NCBI RefSeq assembly: GCF_006345805.1
Contig: NC_043003.1
Span: 99,758,001 to 99,822,000 of the forward strand
Direction of reading: 5' to 3'
DNA: 64,000 nucleotides
Source: Octopus sinensis
Lineage: Eukaryota
Under the pieces are notes generated by a model. The model searched no databases, was not told the DNA's origin, and saw only the letters and a program-made list of their open reading frames with translations. The translations under genes were made by a program, and so were the position numbers. This document shows positions 29,620 to 42,249 of the stretch, in pieces; within the stretch, counting starts at the first letter, position 1; every line of letters begins with the position of its first letter.

Positions 29620-30220
29620 TATTGTATGATCGAACGCCACGCATTCTCTTCCAAGTAAGTTTTATCTTAATAATTCTGATGCGCACTCTATACGATCTTT
29701 TTACTCTTTCGTTTTTTCTCTCTTTTTCTCTCTCTCTTATTCTTTTACCTCCTCTTCTCCCACTATTCTATCTTATTACTCTGTCACTCCCTCTTCCTCA
29801 CTCTCTCTCCCTCACTCTTCCTCCCTTGCTCACGTGGCTCCCACGTGACAATCGGCCATCTTTCTTTCTTTCTTTCCGTTGTAGCTGGAACAAGGAAGAC
29901 GTGTTCTTGTTTGTCTCCTGCCCTAGCTTGATTTACGCGTTCGCCACCACAACCTCGTTTAGGCTTAGCAGCCCTTCCTGTTTCTTTTCACTGTCTTGTT
30001 TGTGTTACCTATTTTGCGGGAGCAACTGTTTTATCGAAAGCGTATATAGTTGTTAAATGCTCGAAATACGAGACTAGAAAAACAGCCAACAACTGATGAA
30101 GGGTCGTTCTTTATGCTGTTTGTTTTGTTTTCCATTTGCATATTTCGTTGTTCGAATGAATAGTTCATGCTCCATGTACTTGTGCTTCGTACTTTTTTGT
30201 TGTACATGTTTCATGACGTC
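29620..30220. repeat. Interspersed non-coding repeat, copy 1 (copy 2 at about 35000-35520)
   Basis: Shared blocks cccacgtgac..gtagctggaacaaggaagacgtg..ccaccacaacctcg..gggagcaactgttttatcgaaag..aacagccaacaactgatgaagggtcgttc. Confidence 0.7.
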
Positions 30221-30222
30221 CT

Positions 30223-32118
30223 GTGCCCACATATGTATCAATTAAAAAATCGTTGATTAATAATATAAGTAAACGTATATCATTACTTTCTTATGATTTA
30301 GAGATTTTTAATAAACATGCTCCTTATTACAATGAGGCCCTTAGAGAGGCAGGTTATAATAGTTATATTAATTTTTTTATTAAAAATAAAGATATAACTA
30401 ATAATATTAGAGATAAAAATATTAATAATAATTATAATAATTTTGTTAGTAATAATGGTAATAATATTAGAAATTATAAAAATAAAAATAATATAAATAA
30501 AAATAAGAATAAAAATTAAAATAAAATTTATAACTTTAATAATTCTTTAAATGTTAATTATAAATATAAATCTAATAATAATAACAATATGATAAAGAAA
30601 TATAATAATAACAATAATAATGACAGTTTTAATAATAAGAAGAAGGAAAATAAGAATAAAATTTGGTTAATAGTTCCTTATGGTGCTCAAGTTAAAACGA
30701 ACATTATTAAAGAAATTTTAGATATTATTTATTCGAGATAATCGTAAATATAAAAACATTTTCTCTATTAATAATTTTGGAGTAGGTTATTCCACCACTA
30801 ATAGTGTAGGTAACATTATTTCTTCTTTTAACAAATTTAAACTGAATAATTTTTATAAAAATAAATTATATAATAATACCAATAATAAAGACAAGACACT
30901 AATTAACTGTACATGTAGAGATAAAACTAAATGTAAATTAAATAATAAATGTGATATTAACGATGTAGTGTATAAATGTATAGTTACATTACATGATAAG
31001 AATAATAAGAATAATAATAACTCAAACGCGATATATATAGGGTCCACTTCCTCTAAAACAAAATTAAGAATCGCACAACATATGAATTCATTTAAAAATA
31101 AAAACTTTATTAACTCCACTGGACTTAGCAAGTACATTTGGAGACTTAAATCCCAAAATATTAATTATAATTTATCTTGGAAAATAATTAGTAAAACTAA
31201 ATCATATAGTATAGGAGCGAATTTTTGTTATTTATGTTCTAATGAGTTTAAGGAAATTTTATTTTATAAGCATGATAATTTACTGAATATCTGTGATGAG
31301 CGCAAAATAAAATGCAGACACAAGTTACTTATATAATAAATTTCTTGATACATAATGATTATTTCTTAGCCTTAATTAGCTCCCTATTTGTTGTTTTATG
31401 TAATAGTATTATAAACATACCAGATGATTTGTAGTACTTATTATATTAGTTTATTTTAGTTATTTAGGTTCTGTTTTTAATTATAGTTAGATTATATATA
31501 GTTGTTCATTTTATTACTAAATATTTTATTACTAAATATATTTTTAATAAATATTTAATGGTTTATTGAATATAGAGTCTGGTAAGTTACAATTTTATTT
31601 ATTTTATATATTTTGTTATATTTCTATTATAACTTCGTTAAATTATAATTTTGTTATATTAATCTATTTGTATGTAATCTCTTTATATTTGAAATAGTTT
31701 TATTTAGTTGTTTATTTAATCTATTTTATTTAATATAGAAGTATAGATTAGTAGATTAATTATTTAGATTTAACTTAATATTTACCTCTATTTTGTATTG
31801 TAGTATGATTATAGACATTTTTATATATCTATTTATTATATAATATATGTGGTTGTGTGTGTATGTATATATGTGTATATGATGATGTGTGTGTATATAT
31901 ATGTATATGCATATACATTTATTTATGTGTATGTGTGTGGGTGTGTATATATAGGTGTAAGTATATATATTGAGTATTGTATGTATGTACATGTATGTAT
32001 GAGTGTGCATATGTGTATGCGTGTATGTGTGTGTATATATGTGTGTATATATGTATATGTATGCATATGTGTATGTATGTGTATATGTGTATGTATATGT
32101 ATATGTATATATATATGT

Positions 32119-32168
<50 letters not shown>

Positions 32169-33800
32169 GTATATGTATGTACATTTCCTTATATATTTAT
32201 GTATACGTATGTATAGTTATACTACAAATTTGATAAGTATTTATAGATTTTGTTATGATCACTAATTTTAGCTTATAATTATAAGGGCATGGGAAAGAAT
32301 TTATAGTATGTTGAGGGGTTACTATATATATAAATTTTTATATATTTATTAATCTTATAAGATTTTTAGAATATATTTAATAATTAATGGTTTTTAATCA
32401 TTTAAATCATTTAATTTATTTTGTATTAAGTTTCATTTATCAAGTTATTTTATTAATAAACATTATAGTATAGAGAGATTTTATTCTTTATTTGTGACTC
32501 CATTCTATTTACAATGATAAACAAATAATTTCCCCATTCACAATCTTTAATAAAACATAGGTTCCTCACGCGTAATTAATTCTTCAACAATTTATTCCTT
32601 TTTTTTTTTGCTAATAACGTAATTCCACGAGTATTCTTATAAACGCTGTAAAAGACGTTTTCTTATTCAAAATTTTAGTTCATTGTTAAACCTCGCTAAG
32701 ATAAGTATGTATTTATTCAAGATCTTCAAATTGTAAATTTTAATATTGTATAAACCTTTGGAGTAATAATATTCTCCTTATGTAAATATCGTTGTTTATG
32801 TAATGATTTAATTATCGTAATTTTCTATATTATTAGATATTAAATTTAAGTTTAACCCTAAGATACTTCTTAGCGATAGATTTGTTATTTGATAGCAAGC
32901 ATACTAGGTGTATTAAGTTAGGCTTTGTATATACATGTTTTAATAGTATTAATTGTAGTTTTAAATTTATAATTAAATTAGATAAACTTTGATAAACTTA
33001 GATATGTTTCGACTAAAGATTGGTCCAGGCCATGTCTAATTTAATAGCATAACTTAGTTATTTATTTAAATTTATATTCGATAATTATTCCCATTCATAA
33101 TTATATTTATAGTATTTATTCGATACTATATTACTACGAATTGATTATTTCTAAAAGTATTTTACATAAGATTTCCGAAAGTTCGTTTAAGTTAGTTTAT
33201 TTGTATTTTGAAATTAGCTATTTCATCTTTAAATATGAAAAATTAAATTTATTAGGTTTTTCTTATATGTGCATGTACAATTATTTATAGAGATTATTTT
33301 AGATCTTAATTATAATATTTATATACATTTATATATTTTCATTGATAATTTATATATATTAGTCATTTTAAATATTTATGTAATTAGATATAGACTAATA
33401 TTGATATTAGATTATGGGTGGGTTTCCTACCTTATAAATTAAAATTAATATTTAACATTATAGTCGATTTGGATATAATCATAATTGTTAAGTTCTATGT
33501 CTCTAGTTTGATAATAGAGTTTATTATAAGTAAAATTCTTATATTATATATATTATTTATATCTTTAAAATATTGTTTAAATATTTCTGATTATATTTTA
33601 GATATTTCAATCACCTGAAGATTGACTGTAACTCGAATTTTTACGAATTGGACAGCCACGAAACGATCGTAGTGTTATACTCATTATCTTTTTTAATAAT
33701 TTTGATATATATTTAAAATAATATAAATTAATTAATTTTATGTATTGGCTTAAGTTTTTCATTGTATGATTTGCCTAATAGTGGTTTTATCTCTAATTTA
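30223..33800 (+). mobile_element. AT-rich Penelope-like element: thumb + GIY-YIG + long 3' region ending in a hammerhead
   Basis: KRISLLS..EIFNKHAPYYNEALREAGY; CTCRDKTKC..VVYKC..YIGST..RIAQHMNSF..TGLSKYIWRLK..SWKII..CYLCSNE..KCRH (stop at 31336). Linkage of the 3' region up to 33800 is inferred. Confidence 0.7.
33612..33674 (+). ncRNA. Type I hammerhead ribozyme candidate (palindromic stem III)
   Basis: CAC|CUGAAGA|uUGaCUGU..ACAGcCAc|GAAA|CGAUCG|UA|GUG. ACGAUCGU is palindromic; there is a U.C mismatch at the base of stem II. Confidence 0.65.
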
Positions 33801-33868
33801 ATATAATATATATGCATATATATATATATATACGTATAGATGTAAGTATGTACATATACGTATATATA

Positions 33869-33928
<60 letters not shown>

Positions 33929-33966
33929 TATATATATATATGTGTATATATATATATATATATAAG

Positions 33967-34019
<53 letters not shown>

Positions 34020-34227
34020 AGAGAGAGAGAGGGGGGGGTATTTTCCCTTGTTTACAATTAACACGGAAAAAATAGATAAATAGTTACCAGGGTAGCAAAA
34101 ATTCACACCAGTAAAAAGGTTGTAACTCCTTGTTTTTAAAGGTAGAAACTTCGGATTTACGTGAAATATTTTGTATAATATATACAAATAAATAAATGAA
34201 GTTAAACGTAGGTATTATTCAAATTCT

Positions 34228-34321
34228 TTTACTTCCGACATATGTTTCGAAGATATCATTGGTTTTATTCCAAAGGAAAGAATGGTGTAAAACAATGTAA
34301 TCTTCTCTTCAGGGAAATAAA
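34228..34321 (-). ncRNA. Type I hammerhead ribozyme, canonical core, GUC site
   Basis: Minus strand: UUUAUUUCC|CUGAAGA|GAAGAU..AUCUUC|GAAA|CAUAUG|UC|GGAAGUAAA. 9-bp stem I, G10.1-C11.1 stem II of at least 6 bp, palindromic ACAUAUGU. Predicted cut after the C at 34237. Confidence 0.85.
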
Positions 34322-34999
34322 GAAATAAAATTCGTCAATAAGACATTTTAACAGAATATGATGGATGTGTAAATTAATGAACTGAACGTAATAAAGTTTC
34401 TGGAAAAAGGAACGTTAGAGGATATAACGTCAAAGGTAGCCGATAAAAAGAGGAAGGGTAAAGGAAAGAAAAAATCGGAAACCAAATAAATACGAAGTAT
34501 AGAACGATATGCAAATTAAATAAAATCCTAAAGTTTTGGAAAAAGATATATCTAGTGAAAGTGAAATGTAAGAAGAAAATCAGTGTTTAAATTATATATG
34601 ATAAATATCACTTATATGAACTGAAGGTGTGTTTCTGCCAATGTTTACATCGGTAAGGACAAGGGAAATTCTCTTCATGTATGTGTGTTAAAAAAAAGTA
34701 TGTAACGGAGTGAGGCGAAAATCTTTATAGCGGTGACTCACGAGAATAAAAGACGCGTTTCGCCCTTTATCGTTTATCTTTTACTTACTTCAGTCATTAG
34801 ACTGCGATCATGCTGAGGTACCGCCTTGAAGAATTTAAGTCGAATGAATCGACCCCGTAATTATTCTATCGTTTCCTTTTGCCGAACCCCTGGTACTTAT
34901 TCTATCGTTCGCTTTTGCCAAACCGCTAAGTTACGGTGACGTAAACACACCAACGCCAGTTATCAAACGCGCGCATGTGGACTGCTGGCAAATTCTTTT

Positions 35000-35520
35000 C
35001 TTCTTCTTCATTTTCTTTTAGACTTTCCTATGCTTCCTGTTTCCAAAGAATTTTGTTCGAAACGTAAAGCAACCACTCTTTCTTTCCTTCTCTGAACGTC
35101 TTATTAATACTTTGCATGTACCACGTCCTCGCGTTGTTGTTTTTTGTTGTCTTTGTTTCTCCGTTCTTTTTATTAAATCCCACGTGACCATCAGCCATCT
35201 TTCTTTCTTCTAACTTGTGTTTCTTTCATTCTCTCTGTTGTAGCTGGAACAAGGAAGACGTGTTTTTGTCTGTTTCTTGTCCTAGCTTGATTTACGCCTT
35301 CCCCACCACAACCTCGTTTTGGCTTAGTAGTCATACCTGTTTGTTTTCACTGTCCTGTTACCAATTTTGACCTTCCTCAAAATCCCAAATTTTATTTGAT
35401 TTGCTTTGCGGGAGCAACTGTTTTATCGAAAGCATATATTGTTGTTAAATGCTCGAAATACGAGAGTAGAAAAACAGCCAACAACTGATGAAGGGTCGTT
35501 CATTATGTTGTTTGTCTTGT
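35000..35520. repeat. Interspersed non-coding repeat, copy 2
   Basis: Homologous to 29620-30220. Confidence 0.7.
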
Positions 35521-37138
35521 ATATGTGTGTGTTTGTTTGAGTTTCCGTCTACCAAATCTACTTACAAGGCTTTGGTCAGCCCGAGGTTATGGTAGAAGAC
35601 ACTTGCCCAAGATGTACAAGGTGCCACGGAACCATGTGGTTGAGCAGCAAACTTCTTACCCCTCAACCACGCTTGTGGCTTTCATGACATTTATTGATAC
35701 CATGCTCCCATTTGTTATTTGTTTAAACGAATATCGCGTCTCGATGCACAAGAAACAGAGAGTAATACATTTACTCATATTGCGGAAACTTTCCAGGCAG
35801 TAAAAATATTCGGTGTACGCAATTGAAGCGCTATTAAACTACAATTGCCATTTATGTATGATACGTAACGTTCTACACCGTCCAAAAGCATGATATTTTG
35901 GTTTTTGTCTGAAAGAAAATTTCCCAATATATACCGGCGCATTCAGCAGTGACCCACGAGATTTTCTGGCGCATTTCGCCCTTCTTGAGTCCTAGCAATG
36001 ACGTGCACTCGCTTGTCACATGCCTTGACGAAATCTATTACTTCCAATATATAGGTAAAAGGAAATAGGGAACAATACATTCACTGGGGTCACAGCTGGT
36101 ATTATATTCATCTCGCTCTGATGTACATTGAGTTTTTAACGATATGAGCAATATGATTTCGAAGGCATTTCCTCTGACAGAAACCCCATAGCATCATGTC
36201 TTTCAACGGTGTGTATACGTTACGTATGATAAAGAGTTTGCTATTTTAACTTAATACTGCTTTAATTGCGTATATCGAGCTTTTAAACAACATAAGTATA
36301 TTATTTCAAAACTTTATACATAAGCAGAACACTCTAATTTGCAGAGTATAAATGTAAACATACGTATACTATGCGCACATGTATATTATGCATTAAAGAA
36401 TAAACGTGTGTGAGCGCATAGAGAGAAGGGGGATAGGGCAGGAGAGAGAAAGAGGAAAGGGGGAAGAGAGGGAATGAGGGAGAGAGAGAGAGAGGGAAAG
36501 AGGGAAATGGGAAGAGAGGGAGAGAGATGGAGGAGAGTGATTTCAGAGATTCAGGAAGGTGAGTAAAGAATGTAAGTTTCAGTAATCTCACAGATTTACA
36601 CGACAAAAAAAAATGAGATTAATACAAATGTAAACTATAACACGTCGGTTAAAACTGCAATAAATATCTACTTTTTTGATCGTGGACGGTGGCGAAATGT
36701 TGAAAGATATTGAAATAGATAAAGAGTTTGGAGGAGATAAACAAAACGTCTGCTGCTTAATAACGTCTGTGATGAATGATCAGAGGAAATGGTCGAGGCA
36801 GAAAGGAACAACGCTAAACACGGCTCTCTGATCTTATATTTGCTTACGGTACTGCTGCTCGTGTGCATATGTGTGTATGTGTATATGCGTGAGTGTATAT
36901 ATATATGTGTGTGTGTGCGTGTGTGTTTGTGTGTATATGCATGTGTGTGCATGTATGTAGGTATGTGTGTGTGAATGTAAATATGTGTGAATATATGCGT
37001 ATATATTTGTACATATGCATACGTGTGTATTGTACATATATATATGCAAATATATATGTATATATTTATGTATGTATATACAAATATATACACACACACA
37101 CACACACACACTCACATACACATGCTCATATACACATA

Positions 37139-37975
37139 TATGAGGTACATTCCAGAAGGTTTGAAGCTTTTTTTTAGAAGAGGCAGTTATAACTGTCCTG
37201 GATTATTGTAATTCTAGGACAGCATTACTATACATCTGATGAGCTGACCTGTCAACTTTTTAAATTCCAGATTAAAGGAGACAGCTCAAGCAGCACTTTG
37301 AACTCACCCTACTAAACACTGTTTGCAAAATTCAGTTGAAACATGAAGACAATTTGGAAGCTTGCTACACAATAAAATTTTATGTTGAACTGGGGGAAAA
37401 AACTCTACAGAAACTTATGAAAAGCCCCTGACTGTTAATGGATTAATGTATACCAACCGAGCATCTTTTTTCCTCTTAATACAAGAGGTGTAAAGACAGT
37501 AGAGGGGAGGTGAGAGATGATGAGAGGTGTTGGAGGGAGAGGGACGTCAAAACATCAGAGCTAGTTGAGAAAATACGCAATTTTCTGGATGAAGAGCGTC
37601 GTATTTCTATATAGACAATAAGCATATTGTTTGGAGTTGGTGTAGCTACTTTACACAGAATTATTCATGAACATCTGAACATACGCAAAATTTGTGCAAA
37701 GTTTGTCCCTGGGGTGTTCAGTGACGAACAGACGGAAAGACACATTGGTGACAGTAGGGAAATAGTTAAGCTCATTACTTCCAATCCAAGAGTATTTGAG
37801 TCTCTGTTGACCTGTGAAAAAATCTGGATATACTGTTATGATCCAGAGATGTTAAAAAGAGTGCCCAATCGAAGCATCTTGACTCCCCAGACCCAAAACA
37901 AGTCCACTGGGAAACTTAGGATAATCTCTTTTTTGATAACAAGGGCACCAACTACATCCACTAGGGTCCCCTAGT
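37139..37975 (+). mobile_element. mariner-family transposon, 5' half, truncated by a Gypsy element
   Basis: TA+TGAGG end; AIKFYVELG HTH remnant; ATLHRIIHEHLNIRKICAKFVP; LLTCEKIWIYCYDPE (degenerate first D and YDPE motif). Confidence 0.75.
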
Positions 37976-40900
37976 CAGAACATCTACTTTTGACTAAGGT
38001 TCACTTTTTATCGTCGGTAACTTTGCTGCTAAAGCACATCCTCTACAGCCTTTCACTAAATTTTCAATTTCTCAATCCATTTTTGTCCAGTACACGTAGC
38101 TACACAACAAAGCTTTCATCCTCGAAATACCAGGATGCCCAACATGAAATTCCCTTAACATTTTCTTCCATAATGTTTCAGCTATCACTACTCCCTTTGC
38201 ATACATCAGTACGCCTTCACAAATTGAGTATAGGTTCACATCTTCGTTTCGTTTCGCACCAATCCTGTTCCTATTTACTTTTCCTGACCACAATGTTCTT
38301 TTCATTTCCGTTATGAACTTGTCCTTTACCGCATTTCGCTTTGTCTTCTAGGGTTACTGGGTAATTCGCGTACCACATTACATTTTTTTTTCTTTTGATT
38401 TTAAAGCTGCGATTACTGTATCTTCGAATGGCTCGCCGTCTTTCGGTATCAGTCCGGACAAACCATCCGCATGTCCTACTTTTTTTACGGTAAATATTCC
38501 ATTTTGTAGTCATAATTCAATAATGTAGTGCCCCATCGTTGTAGGCTATTTGCTGTGTATGTTGGTATTCCTTTTTTAGAACCGTATATTGACAGTGGTG
38601 GGCGATAATCCGATTGTAGACAGAAATTTCTTCCATGAATAAATCTATGAATTTCTTTCACACCGAATATGATTGCTACCGCTTCCTTTTCTATCTGATT
38701 ATAGTTCCTTTCAGATGGCAATAACGATCGTGACACATCGGCTATAGCTTTTTTACTCCTATCGTCATATTTGTGCAGAAGCACGGTTCATACACCGTAG
38801 TCACTCGCATCTGTAATCAAAATAATATCCAACTTTGGATCAAATGCGTTAACGACAAGTCCGATGTTAAACGCTTTTTAACTCGTCAAACGCCTTTGGC
38901 ACGTATCAGTTCAACACCATTTTGTATTTTTCTTTAACAGATCATTGATCGGAGCCCTTACATTATGTATTTTGGGAATGTAGTTTTGATAATAATTTAC
39001 TAAACCCAACAATACTTGTAGCATAGTCACATTATTCGGCGTGGGCATATTTTTTTATCGCAGTTGCTCTAGATGGATCCGGTTTTCTGTCTGTTTTTAT
39101 CTATTATCTGGCCTAAGTATTTAGTTATTTTCATAAAGAACTCGCATTTTTCTTCTGTTAACTTGGAACCATATTCTCTAATCTTCTCGAATACCCTTTT
39201 AACTTGTTCTACATGTTATTCATGCGATTCACTTTTCATTAGAATATCATCTAAATAGGCGATAGCAAAATCATAGTCACCCAGCATTGTATCCATTATT
39301 TGCTGAAATATGGAAGGGCCACTTTTAAACCAAAGGGAAGCCGCTTAAATTTAAATAAGCCACGGTGTATATTAATTGTTAATAAATGGGAGCATTCTTC
39401 TATTTGGATTTGTAGATATGCCTCCGAGAGGTCTAATTTTGAAAAGAATTTCCCTCCCTTCAATTTTGCAAACACTTCATCGGGACTCGGCAATGGGTAG
39501 TTATGTGAATTTAAGCAATCATTCAAACCTGTTGAAAAATTTGCGCAAACACTTAACTTGTTATTTTTCTTTTTTACGTAGACGGTAGATGCTTCCCAGT
39601 CTGAGTGGTTCGACTTCTGGATTATTCCTAGGCTTTCAAATTTTTCAAGTTCCTTGTTTATCTGGTCTATTGCCGCGAACGGTACATTCCGTTTTGGCTT
39701 AAATACAGGTGTTGCACTTTGTTTCACTGCAATTTTCTGCCTTTACTTTCATACAACAACCCAGTTTCTCCGAGAAAACATCTGGAAATAAATGTCTTAT
39801 TTTCTGCTTCAGTCCCTCAGCCTCATTCGAACCTTCAACTGGACCGGCTATATTCCCACACAAAACACTTACGGGCGTATTGCACAATTTGAATAGTTCC
39901 ACCCACTCTGAGCCGAATAGATTAACTGAATTTTTAGCACATATATTTTTGCCGTTTTCATGTGGTCACGAACTTTACATTACACACAAATTCACCGACA
40001 AAATATAATCTTTTACCCGTAACACGATATGCTACTTTTGTAGATTTATTTAATTTCGGTTTCCCGATATACTTTCAAGTTTTTCCGTTCACAGTGGTAA
40101 TACCACTTCCGGTGTCTAACTGCATTTTTACTCTTATATTTTAATTTTCACATTTACGAATTTTCTCTGTTTATTCTTTTTTCGTTGTTCCAACGCTTTG
40201 TCATCTTGGTTTTACAGTGTGTCTTTATGCATCCAATTTTTCCACAACGGAAACATTCCGCTTTCTTAAATGGGCAGTGTTTCCTCAAGTGTAGACCTCC
40301 ACATGCAAAACATGGGCTTTTTCCTGATTTTTGTCAGGTTTGCACTGTATTTTAGTACATACTTGATTTTTATTCTGCGTATTTCGCACGTGTTTCACTT
40401 GGGAACAATCTTTATGTTCAATTTTCTCTGCGCGGAGTCTTAAATTTACTATTCTTTCACACTCTTCTGACACTCGTTGTAAGTTTACAGGTTGGTTTTG
40501 TTCCAACTTAACGAGAATTCTTGTTCTTACTTCTGCGTCTTTCTCTGCAGTTAGTCTCTGAGTAAATATCAAGCACTTGATCATGTCTGCCATTAATTCG
40601 TCCAGCTTGAACTTTTCACATTCCTTGTTATCTTTATCACCATATGTGATGTAGTCCTCCTCCTCGTTGTTCTTTTCTAGCTTCAAACATTTCCAACGTG
40701 TATTCAACAACGAGCTTTTCTCACTAAAAAATTTACACAATATGTCTATTGTATCTTTAAGGTTTATATCAGGGTTTTTTCGGGAATACGTAATTACTGA
40801 ATCGCTCATGTTCTCCTACTGTCAATTTTCTGAAGATTAAACGCTTTTTCCAGTAGTCCCAGTCTTTGCACTCTTTTTTGAAGATTTGTTCATATCCTAT

Positions 40901-41484
40901 TGTAAGCCCCGAAGCTAACTCCTTCGTTTGGTTTGTACTTTAACTCTGCTATCGAGTTCGCAATGTAATCTGGCGAAAACATTTTTTCAGCATTTCCTGA
41001 CGACTTACTATTCATTAATTGCAGCATTTGTTGTAATAGTAATTGTTGTTGTTGTTGTAGCTGCTGCTGTTGTTCTTTCAGTTGTTGTTGTTGCTGTTGT
41101 TGTAGCTGCTGCTGTTGTTCTTGCAGTTGTAGTTGCTGCTGTTACTGCTGTTTTTGCAACTTGAGGAAACCAGCCAACAAATTTTCCATAGTTTTACGAT
41201 TTTTTTCCGTAAAATTCGCACAAAAAACTTTTGTGAAATTGTTAATTCTTCGTGAATTTGTTAATTCCTCGTCACCACTGTTGTAATCCTTAATGTCGGA
41301 TTGTTATAATTCCCACTCTGACATAGCTGTATAGTTAGTAAGACCAGTAAAGACAAGACTATCTATAACCGCCTACTTTGTACACTCTCTTTATACTGAC
41401 TGACATCGCCTTATTTATAGCGACTAGCATATACCACTCTTTACGTGGGAGGAGTATACCATTATTACGATTATTCCCACAATA
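37975..41484 (-). mobile_element. Ty3/Gypsy LTR retrotransposon, 5' LTR to integrase start, 3'-truncated
   Basis: LTR 41279-41484; PBS TGGTGACGAG at 41277-41268; gag 40285-40809; protease near 40000-40150; RT PVFKPKRNVP..KLDLSEAYLQ..RLPFG, AYLDD at 39246-39257; RNase H RNYNQIEKEAVAIIFGV; integrase HVGHPGISRMK..CRGC. Related to the 5376-7503 element. Confidence 0.9.
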
Positions 41485-42249
41485 CTTAGTATGAGAGCTT
41501 TTGCAAGATTTGAAAGAAGAAAAAAATAGAAGGGAAATAATAAAGAATCGAATGAAAATAAGAGAATAGTGAAAAAATGTCGGTCAGAAATTACAAGGCG
41601 GATTTCTAAGCATCCGACCGCAGGCGCATTGTCCTTGCGGTGTTGCACGCGTGTATTATCTTCATTATAGAAAACTGCATTGGGAAATATTTATTCATTA
41701 ATACTTATTAGCAGTACCCATGGGAATTCCACGGTGATTTTGAAAATTGTGAAGCGGAATTGTATATTTTTCTGAAGTATTTGATTCGTGAGATTGTGTA
41801 AAATTTCCACATAGGTAGTACTGAAAGTACACAATCTCAAGAAATATCTCTAAAAGCTTATGTTCTTAAATCTTCTACTGAATTGATATCTATTTTTCAC
41901 TCTATGTTAAGTAACCAGCGTTGACTGGTATAGCGTTTTCCATTAACGCGTTCCCTTCAGTGAGCACTTTTCTTTTATTCATTCTCTCCTTCTCTATCTA
42001 TCTAGTATCTTTCTATATATTTATCTATCTATCTGTCTTTTCTACCTCTTCAACTCCTTAACGACATGTCATTATAAGAATCTCTTTCTCTGAGCTCTCA
42101 CTGCTATCACTCTTCTTTCTCTTTCTCTCATAGCATCTCCTTCAACTAACCACGTGACACCGTCACACATTTGATCTTAGCGCATTAGAATACAGATTAA
42201 AGCCAGAGTAGTGGATTGGCAGAACCATTAGAGTATCAGGGAAAAATAC

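Noticed and set aside
30040-30110. cgaaa..ctgatgaaggg in the 29.6/35.0-kb repeat as a type II hammerhead
   Set aside because: No U16.1-H17 in register and no foldable stem I between GAAA and CUGAUGA.
34742-34795. Minus-strand CUGAAG..GGGCGAAACGCGUC
   Set aside because: The GAAACGCGUC half is ideal, but A9 is U, stem II cannot pair and stem I is only 1-2 bp. ggcgaaa also pairs with a local inverted repeat. At best a decayed ribozyme.
37234-37290. ctgatgagctg..cagctc inside the mariner 5' region
   Set aside because: It is followed by TCAAG rather than GAAA; an ordinary hairpin.
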